Below, piece after piece: positions 38,617 through 51,337 of a stretch of DNA of 64,000 bases. Numbering within the stretch: the first letter of the stretch is position 1; each line of letters begins with the position of its first letter. The notes under the pieces were generated by a model. The model was not told the origin of the DNA and made no database searches. It was given only the letters and a program-made list of their open reading frames with translations. A program made the translations under genes and the position numbers. This DNA comes from Felis catus (lineage: Eukaryota): positions 13,952,001 through 14,016,000 of the forward strand of contig NC_058368.1 of assembly GCF_018350175.1 (NCBI RefSeq), in the 5' to 3' direction.

Positions 38617-40227
38617 GTAGTAATAACGATCTTATGCATTCTATGGAAAGTTTTATGTGAATTCTATGTGAAATGTGATACAGTATAATATACAGTGATA
38701 GTCTTTCTTCAGTGTGCTTTAAAAGTCATCTCTGTTCTTTGGAATTTAGTTGTTAGTACAAGTTTCATTTTGCTTCAAAGGTGCTTTTTCTCTTTTGGAT
38801 TTTTTTCCTCATGAACTTTTAAAATTCTAAAGAATGTTTTTTTGTTATGTTGAAGCCATGGCTTTTGTTGACATAACTCTGAAATAATAAATTTTATAAA
38901 ACCGTGTTGCTTATGTGGTATTTGAAATCTCAAATTTTGAAATATGAAATGAACAAATGACTGGTATATTCAAAATAGAGGTAACTTGGAAAGAACAAAG
39001 ATTTAGCAGGAAAATGGTGTCAATTATTACACGTGGCTGAAATTACTCACTTTTAGTTTTTACTTTTGCTGGTCCTTTACAGTAGGTGAGGAGGGTCAGT
39101 ACAGTAGCAAGTATCTGAATTTTGCAAAGTCGTTATTAAATATGGTTTATCACATTCTTCCTGTTTTTTAACTCCCAAAATGAAGACTTATTTAGGCAAG
39201 ATATCACATTCACATACGTTAATTAGTTTTTAACATGCAGTACCCCTGGCTAGGGAAATATATGAGTTTTATGTAAATCACATTAGTAACTGTGACATCC
39301 CAAACTGTTTGGAGCTGAGAGAAAAGTATGCATTGTAAGTCAAAGTATTTTTAATAATTCTGAAGAAGTACATGTCTTGCATGGAAGAGCTGTTTGTTTT
39401 AAACATAGTGTTTAAGTAATCAGTGTGAAGATTGTATTATGAAAAGGGGGTACTAAACTATTTCTGTTCCCAGTGATTTTAAAATAATCCTAAATTATGA
39501 GAATGATGCTGTCATTTTTATGTCAGGGTGATAATTCTTGCTACCGTCTTTTGTCCATATCAGTTTATTTGTTTTCCTGTCTCTGAAGTGAATTTGTGCT
39601 TGTAACAGCACTATTTCTTTCATTGGTTCTTTTGTTGGGTTTTGGGTCCTAGTTCTGCCATGTGTTGGCTTTGCATGGTAATGTTTCTGTAATTCAGATT
39701 TTTGGATTAACATACATCCTGCCTCCTTTTGTTTCTTTCCCTTGGTCTGTAAAATATTTGATGTGGCTTTCTTCAGGCACTGCCAGAATATGATATTAGG
39801 TGAATCAAACCAATGATATATAAATAAATGTAGAAAATTTTAAAAACCACAGGTATGCAAATTTTAAACCCAATATGATTGCTATAATGACATTTTAGAA
39901 TTGATGGGAGCTTCTTGGTAGGAAAAAGGAAGAGGACTAAATATTAACAAGTTATGTAATTCTCCCCTTTGGAAAGGAGCAAACATTGTCTTGAATCACT
40001 GTGCGAACTTAGTTGTTTTGTCATATGGCTTTTGCTCATCACATTCTTTTATAACAAAAGTGAAAATGAGTAGTAATCCTGTGTTGCCATGTTCTATACA
40101 CAAGTACTCATGTTATATAAGAATGTAGTCCTAGCATCCTAACATAGACAATAGAGTACCTATATCAAAGTCAGAACTTTTTAAAGAAAATACCTCTAAA
40201 TTTTGGGTGTTACATGAAAAATAATTC

Positions 40228-40440
40228 GGGCGCCTGGGTGGCTCAGTTGGTTAAGCGGCCGACTTCAGCTCAGGTCATGATCTCGTGGTCCGTGAGTTCG
40301 ATCCCCGCGTCAGGCTCTATGCTGACAGCTCGGAGCCTGGAGCCTTCTTCGGATTCTGTGTCTCCCTCTCTCTCTGACCCTCCCCCGTTCATGCTCTGTC
40401 TCTTTGTGTCTCAAAAATAAATAAACGTTTAAAAAAATAA
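40228..40440 (+). mobile_element. CanSINE
   Basis: gggcgcctgggtggctcagttggttaagcggccgacttc...aaaaataaataaacg. Confidence 0.94.
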
Positions 40441-41222
40441 TAATTTTATTAAGTTTTGAAAGTTCCCAGTTTATGGGTATAGCCCACTGAGCCCCTTGTT
40501 TATATTAAAGGAAGTAGACTGTAAATCAATGGGTATGTATGTATTTTCTCAATTTGTAAATATTAAAAATAGAATCACTATTAGGACAAACATCTGTAAA
40601 AATTTTTGACAATGAAATTTTTTTCCTAGAAATTCAGAGAATGAAGGGAGAGGGGAAAGAATGCAAATGAAGATCAGATTGTGTTATCACAGGGGAAAAA
40701 AGCTGAAGTGGTTGACATAGCACTCTCAATTTTCTTGGGTAAAGTAGGAGGCAAAGTCACTTCCTATGAGTGAAGGGGTAAAGAGTTGCAGTGGAGTTTT
40801 TAAGGTGTTTAGGATATAATAATTAGTTGACATTTGGTGTAAATCACAAATGAAGCTTAAATTATTGTTATATAATAATTATTTATATTCATCGATGTGC
40901 GTTATATAGAGCTTCCTGTAAGTATAATGGTCAGACAATATTGTCTGTGATTCTGAGTTTAATGTAGATAGCATGTCAGCATCTGGGCCCTGAAATAAAA
41001 TAAATTAATTCCCCCCAAAATAATGCCCTCAAACTATATTTACTATGTAGCCTATCCCATGTGATTTTGACTTCTTGGTCATTAGAGTATTCGGTAATTT
41101 TCTTTCTGTGAAATGTCTGGTTTTGAGCAATATAGCTTGTTTATGAATATTTTACACTTAGTTATTTTAGGTAAATGATTAATAAAGGAGGGTATTACTA
41201 GTCAATTAAATCGTTAGGTTCA

Positions 41223-41650
41223 GGGGTGCCTGGATGGCTCAGTCATTTATGTGTCTGACTTCTTGACTTGCTCAGGCCATACCGTGGTCTCATGGTTTGT
41301 GAGTTCGATCCCTTCACTGGGCTCTGCACTGACAGTGCAGAGCCTGATTGGGATTCTCTCTCTCCTCTCTCTCTGTCCCTTCCTTTCTCCCTCTCAAAAA
41401 TAAATAAAGAAACTTTAAACATAAATAAATAGGGGAGCCTGAGTGGCTCAGTTGGTTAAACGTCTGCCTTTGGCTCAGGTCATGATCTTGCACTTGGTAA
41501 ATTCAAGCCCCATGTCAGACTCTGTGCTGACAGCTCAGAGCTTGGAGCCTATTTCAGATTCTGTGTCTCCCTCACTCTCTGCCCCTCCCCTGCATGTGCT
41601 TTCTCTCTCTCCTTCAAAAACAAATAAACATTAAAAAAATTTTTTTAACT
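41223..41650 (+). mobile_element. Tandem CanSINE pair; the second (from 41432) sits in the A-rich tail of the first
   Basis: Two heads at 41223 and 41432; outer degenerate TSD taaatcgttaggtt / taaaccattaggtt. Confidence 0.9.
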
Positions 41651-42559
41651 AAATAAACCATTAGGTTTTGGATTTGTAAAACAGAATTTCTCACTGTAAT
41701 TTTGTCTAGTCTAGAAACATTTACCGTGAGTTAAGTTTATCATACAGCTCCATTTGATGGGGTTATTCAGTGTGTACAAGATTGTGAAGTCATACATACA
41801 GTGACTTTTTGACATAAACTTACACAACATTTCAAAAGTTTTGATATTTTCCAATTGTTATTGGACATTTCCTAATTATCACTATCATATAATCTCTTGT
41901 GGCAAGCAATTCATCTCCCTTGCTAAATATTACAATATTAAGTTTTGCTTATGTCCTCCATTCAAGAAAATAATGATTTTTATCAGTTTATTATATTATG
42001 ACAAAGGCATAACTGATAAGAGAAAATGTATAAAACAGCCTCCAAAATTAAAGATCACTTTGGAGGGTTTCTGATACCTGCTTGGATAGGCAAGTTCCTA
42101 GCAGTGATATTCCCACAATCACCACTTAACACTCTGCACATAATACAGAAAACAACTATGTGAGGGTTCTAAAGAGCCAAGATTTAGAGAGGTGTCAAAA
42201 CATGAAGCAAGTGGTCCAGCATGGGCTGAGTTGCCAATTTTTTACTCTGATAGAAAAACTTTTTTGGCCAGAAAATAAGGTGAAAAGCACTTGGCCAGTC
42301 AGTACCGCATGGAGGTTAATGGCCAGCTCAAGAAAACAGACAGCCAGAAAAGGATCTGAATTCTATATTTAAAAAAACTCACCCTAAATCTCTAGCCCAT
42401 TCCTGAAGCCATGATGATCATGATAAACTGATAATAGACTGTAAATAAGTCTTCAAGAACAGAGCTGAGACCTGAGGCACCACACATAGGAGGTAGGACA
42501 GTCTGTAATAGTATTGATAGAAGAAATGACCCCACAAAACAAAAACATCAATACTTTTC

Positions 42560-43520
42560 AAAACAACATAATCTCTGTAGAATAATTTTCACCATGTCCA
42601 TCATATAAGCCAAAATTACTCATTCTATGAAAAGCCAGGAAAATGTGACTTATTGTCCAGGACATGCCAACTCCGAGATAACCCAGGATCATGGAATTAT
42701 TACATGAGGACTTTTAAGGAGCTATTGTAACTAGTGAAATTAAACAAAATTGCTTGTAATGAACTGAAAAATGGGAATTATCATCCACAAAAAGTGGAAA
42801 TTTTAGAATTGAAAAATATATCTTGAATTAAAAATCCACTGTATGGGTTTAGTATTAGCAGAATGGATATGGTAGAGAAATAAATAAACTTGCACGTAGA
42901 TTGACAGAACCATTAGAAAAGAAAGAAGAGATTAAGGGGGAAAGAACAAAACCATAAGATGCATGGGGTCGTTTTGAAGTCTAATATGCAGAGAAAGTGC
43001 CAAGAAAAAAAATATTTGAAGGAATATTTATAAAAAAAAACTTTGTAAATTTGGTTAAAAACAAAGCAAAACAAAACAACGGACATTTATAGATTAAAGG
43101 AACTATGTAAACTCCAAGGAAAATAAATTCGAAGAGAACCAGAGTAGGCATATTCTAGTAAAACAAAAGGAAAAAATAGTTATTGAAAGCAAGTAGAGAA
43201 AAGCTAGACATAACTGCACACTTTCCTTCAGCAATTGGGGAAACCGTAGAGCTGAAGCAGAACCTGTCAACCCAGAATTCTTCATCTAGTGAAAATCTTT
43301 AAGTCAAATAGATGGAAATTAAGACAATTTGTTTGTACCAGATGTACTCTGTAGACTGAAGAAAAAACTTGGATCATTAAGAATGAAATAATGAAGAATA
43401 TGAATGAATGATAAATGTATGGATAAAATAAAATATCTTTTATTTTCTTTAAAACATATACCACCGATTAAAGCAAAAAATATTACACTGAATTTTTTTG
43501 GTTTATAATATACATACATT
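42560..43520 (+). mobile_element. Old L1 5'/ORF1 remnant, sense orientation
   Basis: A-rich tract with aagccaggaaaatgtgact, gaaattttagaattgaaaaata, tcaacccagaattct typical of old L1 ORF1; approximate. Confidence 0.55.
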
Positions 43521-43829
43521 TAATATATATGACAGCTCTAATGGAAGGTTCTGGGAGGGGATATAATTGTAAACTTTTCATATTTTACAAAGTGTCTGTG
43601 GGATTTAAGAATATTGACTGAAATTCAGTAGCCAAAATGAAATTAACGAATTCAGTCACTTTTCTTGACATGTAAGTATTCAGTATTTAATGAAAGATAA
43701 CATATATTCAACATACTCAGTAGTAAGGAAAAATAAATTAATGCAAGCTAATGAAGACAAGGTGAATGAGATATGAATAAGAAGCATTCACTGAGTCATC
43801 CCTTCTTTTTAAAAATATTTGTTATTAAA

Positions 43830-44945
43830 TATTATTTATTGGCACTGTTATTCAAGGCATTCTAGGTGCTAGGGATAAGACAGTGAACAAAACAGACAAA
43901 AGACCCCCTGCCTTTATTGGAGGTAAAGAGGATATACATTATCATGGGAGGAGACAGAAAACAAAACAAAATAAAAATACATAGTGTGCTTGATGGCAGT
44001 TAGTGCTATGGGAAAAATAAAGCATGTAAAAAACAGAGAAAATTCTGGACTACAGTTTTAATAGAGTGATGAAGGGGATTTCACTAAAAACTTCAAGGAG
44101 GTGAAGTTGATGCCAGCCAGGTGGATATTTGGGGAAGAGCTTTCAGGCCACATGGGAAAGCAGGTGTAAAGGCCACTTAGTAGGATCTTATTTGAGAGAT
44201 TACAGAACACTGTGATTGTGTTTCCCTGTGACTCAGAGAGAGTTTAGATAAGGCTGATATCAATAGAAGTAATGGAACTTGGTTGGATTTTTGATAAAGC
44301 ATACCTAAAATAATACTCTAAGAGGTCAGCTTTTACATATATTTTGGAGGTAAAGCCAGTAGGATTTTCTGTCCCTGTGAATGTGGATTAAAGGTACAAG
44401 AGAAGATTCAAAGGTGACCCAATGTATATTAGCCTGAACAACTGAATTGATGGGCTTTTTATTTACTGAGCTAGGGTAGATTTGAAAAGACTAAATTTTG
44501 GGGAGTAAGGTCAAGAATTTGGTTTTGGACATGGGAAGTTTGAGATGCCAGTTAGACATCTAATGGAGAAATGTTGTATGCCTGAATTGTGGGGGAGAAG
44601 TCTAGATTGGAGATAGAAATTTGACATTGGTAGGGTATATACAGGATTTAAAGCTATGAGACTGGATTTAGGAATCAATGAAGTGAGTTCAGAGATAAAA
44701 GATGAATGAGGAATGAGTCCTTGGAAAAGCCAATGTTTGCAGGTTATGGAGATGAGAAGGACCCAGCAAGGGAAAATTAGGAGGAGAGCAAGAGAGTAAG
44801 GAAAAAGCAGGAGGGTATGGTGTCCTGGACATTTTAAAGGAAGAGGAGGTGAATAATTGTCAAATGATGCTGACAGGTTGAGTAAATTCAGGACTGAGAA
44901 ATGGCAATTGGATTTAGCAGTATGGAGGTCAGGGGTGATCTTGAT
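43830..44945 (-). mobile_element. LINE-2 remnant
   Basis: ORF 44511-44951 PDLHTAKSNCHFSVLNLLNLSASFD resembles the L2 RT motif (LDLSAAFD); cagtgaacaaaacagacaaa and tttggacatgggaagtttgagatgcc are L2 motifs. Confidence 0.85.
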
Positions 44946-45660
44946 TATCACAATTTAAAATTAGTTAAAATGAGAGAAAAAACCTTTCACTTAATGAAGA
45001 CAGTAGTGTTTTTTCAGAATTGAAAGAGAAGCATTAATTTGTGATTGAAAGTGTAGTTTAGTTCTGTGTGTATCATTCTAGTGCATTGCATACCAAGACT
45101 TTATCTCTTCCTTTGTAATATTCCATCACTCAGTTTCCATCATTTTTTCCTTTTGAAGAGCTGTTTATATGTAGTTGATTTTTTCTGGTTTCATAATTAT
45201 TTGTTTTTACTATTTTATACATTTATTTATGTTAAATATATTTGTATGTAAAAATTTTATGGAAAGAAAAACCTCTGAGTAGTATATATTTAAGTGCATA
45301 TGAATAGGGGCATGCAAACTTTCTCTGCAAAATGGTGAAGCTTTATTTTCAAATTGTCATACTTTAAATGATTTTTTATTTTAGTATGTTTGGATGATAT
45401 GAACATACTCAAAGTATGATAACATTTTTCAAATTAGTTGCAGTTCTTTTGGAATTACTTTTAAAGGGTCAGTTTTTAAGTGACACAAAAAATGGTTCTC
45501 ATTACTTAGAACTATGCTATATTTTTAATAAAAGATGGTTTTGTGACACCTGTTAATTCATCAAACATGGCTTCAAGTTGATTTTCTTTTTCCCAAAAAT
45601 TAGATCCATCCCTTGAGGATGACTGTTTTCCTTCAAAAATGTAATTTAAAATGTTATAGA

Positions 45661-46883
45661 GTTTGATCAGTACTGGAATTGGAGAATGGATCCCAGAAAG
45701 CCTTCAACAGTTCTGTCCACCTTCCCCCTCACCCCCTCACCAGGGGCCTGGTGCTGCTGCTCCTGGCCCCAGTCACTGCAACCTTGAGTAGTGAGGCCGA
45801 GATCCAGCCTTGAAGTAAGCGGCAGCCAGGGTGGCCTCATATTGGCAGTGCCTGAAGGGTCAAGTTCATCACAAGGAAGATTTGGAGAACAGTAAATTGT
45901 TCAATGTAAGAAGCAGATATGGTTTAATCAACAGGGATGACAGCAGGGAATATGTATTTGTATACCAGACTGCCATAAAGAAGAATAAGCCCAGGAAACA
46001 CCTTTGCAGTGTGGAAGATGGAGAGGCTGTTGAGTTTGATGTTGTTGAAAGGACAAAAATGGGTGCAGAGGTAGCATATGTTACAGGCCCTGGTAGAGTT
46101 CCAGTGCAAGGCAGTAAACATGAAGCAGACTAACCTGCTAAATTATAGACACTATCCACATTACAGGGGTCATCCACACAATTACCAGCGGGATTTCCAG
46201 AATAGCGAGAATGGGGAAAAGAATGTGGGATCCAGGAGGGCTCCGAAAGGCCAGGCCCTCCTGCAAGTCACAGTGTCCACTTTATTTGCTACATGTGGAG
46301 ATGCCACGGGTGTTGAACACAGTATTCCAACTTTCCTGTGTGGGGAGAAGTGATGGAAGGTGCTGACAACGAGGGTTCAGGAGAGCAAGGTAGACCAGTG
46401 AGACAGAATATGCATTGGGGTTATAAATGACCATTCCACAGGAACCTTCCTTGCCAAAGGCAACCTAAAGAGAATGGCAGTGAAGGAGATAAGGAAAATC
46501 AAGGAGGTGAGACCCAGGGTCAGTAGCCACCCCCACATCTGTACTATTGCAACCTCAATTACCACAACACAGACAGAAGCCCAGAAAACCCTAAACCGCA
46601 AGATGGCAAAGAGACAAAGCAGCCAACCCACCAGTGGAGAATTAGTCCTCTACCAAGGCTGTGCAGGGTAGGGTGGAGTAAATGCAGTCTTATCATCTCT
46701 ACCATCATCCCATCATCTGGTTTAATTAGCCAACAAGGGGAAATGAATATGAAGTTTCAACAGTAAGAAATAACAGAAGGTTGGAGCTGAAGATCTCAAA
46801 TGCTTGCTTTTTGTCCATTTACCAGATAGCTAAAGCTCTTTGCATTATCTCTGCAGACTGGAGTTTCTGATATATTTACCTAA

Positions 46884-46915
<32 letters not shown>

Positions 46916-47109
46916 AGCTCTCTCTCTCTCCCCCTCTCTTTTTTAAGACTGATTTTCCTCAGTACACTTAAAAAGGTTTTTTAATTGTTTCATATCTGGA
47001 AAAGTTGAGATTTTTAACAACCTCATTTTTAATTTGTAATAAATGTTTACTATTTGATTTTTTTCCAAAAAGTCAACAGACTGCAAGCACCACTTAATAA
47101 AGGTCTTTA
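45661..47109 (+). pseudogene. YBX1: Processed pseudogene (retrocopy) of Y-box binding protein 1, with 5'UTR, disabled CDS and 3'UTR
   Basis: Cold-shock-domain remnant [50 protein letters not shown]...[14 protein letters not shown]; former start acc-TTG-AGT-AGT-GAG-GCC-GAG at 45784; former stop TAA 46679-46681; no introns; AATAAA 47096-47101; TSD aaaatgttataga (45648-45660) / aaaatgctgtaga (47110-47122). Confidence 0.95.
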
Positions 47110-47138
47110 AAAATGCTGTAGATTTTGAAAATGTTTTT

Positions 47139-47358
47139 TATTTTTTTATTATTTTTTTAACTTTTATTTATTTTGAGACAGAGACAGAGCATGAATGGGG
47201 GAGGGTCAGAGAGAGAGGGAGACACAGAATCTGAAACAGGCTCCAGGCTCTGAGCTGTCAGCACAGAGCCTGACTGTGGGGCTTGAACTCCTGGAGTGTG
47301 AGATCATGACCTGAGCCGAAGTCAGGACGCTTAACCGACTGAGCCACCCAGGTGCCCC
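47139..47358 (-). mobile_element. CanSINE immediately 3' of the YBX1 retrocopy
   Basis: TSD tgaaaatgttttt on both sides. Confidence 0.94.
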
Positions 47359-48330
47359 TGAAAATGTTTTTAAAAAATCTTATGTATATAAGAAGTGTTT
47401 TGAGTAATAGAATGTATGTGTAAGTAGTTTTAAGGTGAATCTTTTGGAAAATACACCGCTTGTGATCATATTTGTTTAGCTATATTTGCTTTAAAATATC
47501 AGGTGTATTATTTAAAGATATACTATATTTATCATAATAGAATTTCCTTGAGTGGTGAGACAAGTGTTCCATTTTTCCAAAGTTCTGCCCCACCCCTCAA
47601 ATATAATGCTTTCAGCAAGACATTTTATTATCCACGTTCAGATAATTTTTACTCTCTGGTCTTAAATTAAAAATTCCTACAAGGTTTTTACCCAGTTAAT
47701 GAACATTTTGTATATGCTAACAAGTTTTTCCTCCACCAACTCAGTCAAATAATGCTTCCTAAGGGTCATTGAGGGAAAATGGGTAACTTAATGCCATTTC
47801 CTCATTATTTGAAGATCTTTGATTAGGTTTAAAATTTCATTGTAAACTCATGGTTTTAAATGTATTTGAAGTGTTTCAATCTATAGCAGTTATTCTCCTT
47901 TTTGAAATTCAAATTGTCCCACCTTTGAGTGATGTGTTCTAGTTGGTCCTTTAGTCTTTTGACCTGACTCTGTAGTCTTTGATAGCTTCCTTGCTATTTC
48001 CCAAGACAGTGCTTCAGACTCATCTTGAACATTTTGTTGCTTAAGTCCTGGAATCAGCCATTATTCCAAGAATCCTTAATTTCTACTAGTGTGAAATTAA
48101 TGGCTTGTTGTGTTTTAACTTGATCTTCCCTAAATTAAATCTATATCTCCTTCTTCTTTATTGACAATACTAGTTGTCATGTGCACAGAGGAAAGTCTAT
48201 AATTATGCATACAGTAGTCTCTGAACAACACTACTGATACTACTCTAATGATGTTATTACTGAAAACTGTTAATTTTTTTTGTATATGCTCTCTTCATTT
48301 TCATTGCCATTTTTTATATACTTTTAGATG

Positions 48331-48721
48331 TGTTATGTGCTGAACTGTGTTTCCCCCAAATTTATATGTTGGAGTCTTAACTCCCAGTAGCTCAGAATGT
48401 GACTATATTTGGAGATAGGGTCTTTAAAGAGGTAACTAAGCTTGAGTGAGGCTGTTAGGGTGGGCCTTGATCTAATATGAATGGTGTCCTTGTAAGAAGA
48501 AAGTAAGATACACACATGCACAGAGGGAAAAACCATATGAAGATACAAGGAGGAGACGTGGTCATCTACAAGAGTAAGAGAGAAGTTTCAGAAGGAACCA
48601 ACTATGCTAACACTTTGATTTTTAGGCTTCTAACCTCCAGAATTGTGAGAAAATAAATTTCTATTGTTCAAACTACCCAGACTTTGGTACTTTGTTGTGG
48701 CAGCCCTAGCTGACTAATACA
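48331..48721 (+). mobile_element. MLT1B-like MaLR solo LTR, 391 bp
   Basis: Starts tgttatgtgctgaactgtg, ends gcagccctagctgactaataca; internal cagaatgtgactatatttggagataggg and ccagaattgtgagaaaataaatttct. Confidence 0.9.
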
Positions 48722-49346
48722 TGGTACGATCTACATTGTGAGTGTACATAGTTATTATATACTATTCTCAATTTTTAAAATTCTTACTTAGTTGTGATCT
48801 TGTAAGTACTTACATATTTTAGTTTCATCCCATTCCTTGTATTGATGTATTTTGGGTATCTGAAGCTCATTGTTTAGTGTATTTCTCTAGAAGGGAATCA
48901 TGGGAGTAATACTTCTTGAGGACTGCGTTTCATTGTTAGTTTGTTAGGGGTTTTTACACTTGATAGGCATTTGCCTGGTTATAAAATCCTTGACCATCCT
49001 TTCTTTGAACATATTAAATATGTTACTAATTTTCTTCTGGCTTGAAATATTTTGTTCAAAGTCTGATGGCAGTCTGATATCCTTTCTGTTATCAGGCACT
49101 TGTTCTTTTTGCCTATATGTTCGAAGGATTTCTTTTGTATCTAGTAATTTTGGTAGAAACGTCTTGGTCATTTGGAGTTGATTTCTCAGATGAATGGTGT
49201 GCACTTTCAGTATGCAGTTTTGCATCTTTTTGTATTTCAAGAAATTTTTCATATACTGTTTAGTGTTCTGTTTTCTTGCTTTGGTTTTCTTTTTCGGTGA
49301 CTTGAGTATACATGTTTGATTTACTTAGCTTATCTTTATATTTGTC

Positions 49347-49348
<2 letters not shown>

Positions 49349-49390
<42 letters not shown>
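49349..49390. repeat. (TG)n microsatellite
   Basis: Directly visible. Confidence 0.95.
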
Positions 49391-49391
<1 letters not shown>

Positions 49392-49603
49392 ATTCAAGTT
49401 AGTTTTTGGGTTTCTTTTTGTTTGAAGGACTTCCTTTGTTATTTCTTGTAGGGTGGGTCAGATAACAACAAATTGTCTCAGTTTTTATGTTTTTTGAATG
49501 TATTTCATTTTGTTTTCGGATGGCTTTCCTGGATATAAATTCTTGGTTGAAAGATTTTCTTTGAGCACTTTGAATATTGTATTTCACTATGTTCTGGCCT
49601 CCA

Positions 49604-49806
49604 TTTATTTATGTATTATTATTATTTTTAAGTGTTTATTTTTGAGAGAGAGTGGATGAGGTACAGAGAGAGAAGGGGACAGAAGATCCTATGTGGGTTC
49701 TGTGCTGACAGCAGACAACTCCATGTGGGGTTCAAACTCACGAACTGCGAGATCCTGACCTGAGCCAAAGTTAGACGCTTAACCGACTGAGCTGTCCAGG
49801 TGCCCC
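49604..49806 (-). mobile_element. CanSINE in L1 remnant
   Basis: Flanks tggcctcc on both sides. Confidence 0.88.
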
Positions 49807-51337
49807 ATGGCCTCCCATTTTTTTAGATGAGAAGTCAACTCTTGAACTTACTGGTGTTCTTTTTAGGTGAAGAGTCATTTTTCTCACGCTGCTTTAAGAT
49901 TGTCTGCGTGTCTTTGGTTTTCAGTATTTTTACTATGATTTTTCTGTCTGTATATTTCTTTGCTTTCATTTTTCTTTGAGTTCATGGGCTGAATATGTAA
50001 ATTGGTGTTTTCCAAAAATTTGAGAAGTTCTCAGCCATCAATTTTTTTAATATTTTTCTCTTTTTCTTCTCTACTTCAGCCATCCCATTCTGCATATGTT
50101 GGTACATGTTTCCCATATTTCTCTGAGGCTCCATTTTCTTCACTCATTTTTCTCTCTGGTTTTTGGATTACATAATCTTTATTTTTTTCATGTTTGTTAA
50201 TTCTGTCCTCTGCTTTGTTCAAATCTTTTGTTGACCTCTAGAAAAGTTTTCAGGTCAGTTACACTTTTCAACTCCGGAATTTCCATTTGGATTGTTTTTA
50301 TAGTATTTCTGTCTTAATTGATGTTATCTATTTAATATGACATTATCATAATACCTGCATTTACTTCTCTAATTATTATTTTCTTTTAGTTCTTTGAACA
50401 TATTTTTAATGGCTACGTTGGAGCCTTTTCCTGTTAAAGCTAACATCTGTGTGCTCTCATTGGCAGTTTCTATTGCCTGAATATTTTCCATATGTATGGG
50501 TTGTATTTTCCTGTCTCATTCCATCTCTCAATGTCTGGTTGGAAAATGTCCATAACCCTCTTTTTTTTATTTAAAAAAATATAACATCTTTATTGAAATG
50601 CAATTTCTATTCTGTACAATTCACTCATTTTAAGTTTACAAGTAAATTATTTTAAGCAACTTACAGAGTTGTATTGACATCCCTGCCATCCAAGTTTAGA
50701 ACATTTCTATCACCTTGCATGCCTATTGGCAGTCACTCCTCATTCTCATCCCCATGCTACTCATACCATTTTATGTAACAATTCTGCTTCTGGAAATCCT
50801 TCAAAGAATAATTTACTAAATATTGATATATATATATATATGCACAAGCATGCTTATTATACTTTCATATGTAATTTTGAAGTGTTGGAAGTGATGTAAA
50901 TAACCCAAATGGAGTAAGTATAAGAAAATTATTAAGTCACTTAAGTTGTATCATAACTAAAAAAAAAAAAAAACTAAAAATGTTGTATTTAGTTAATTAT
51001 AATGTGAGGTAGTTTTGCTCCTACAAGCCAAAGCAGGGAATTATGATATTTGCATCATGGACTGAAAAAAATTAAGGACATTTTTTTTTTCAAATAAGAA
51101 TAGGTTGTTTTAGACTTCTTATATGATATTTCCCAAAAAGATTTTATAACTTCTAGAGAATATATTAAACATTGTTTATTTCACTGGAAGCAATATAAAC
51201 AAAATGAAAGTTAAGGTTTTTTGTTTCCAGACAGAAGAATGCACATACATTTCCAAATTGTTAAAATGCCAACATGCCAAAGCTAATTACTATTTAGTAA
51301 CCCATTTTTCAGTATTTTATTTCAATCATTATTTTTA

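Larger units (their letters stand above)
48880..50530 (-). mobile_element. Old L1/HAL1 ORF1 remnants (apparently two pieces)
   Basis: ORF-track peptides KEILRTYRQKEQV...IRLPSDF and QSAQRKSFNQEFISRK resemble the ORF1p C-terminal region. Confidence 0.6.

Noticed and set aside
44511..44951. 146-aa ORF as a novel gene
   Set aside because: Decayed LINE-2 reverse transcriptase sequence
45831..46133. 100-aa cold-shock-domain ORF as a functional retrogene
   Set aside because: GTG start in a frameshifted region, RNA-binding aromatic residues altered (WFNV to LFNV, GYGF to RYGL, VFVH to VFVY), premature stop
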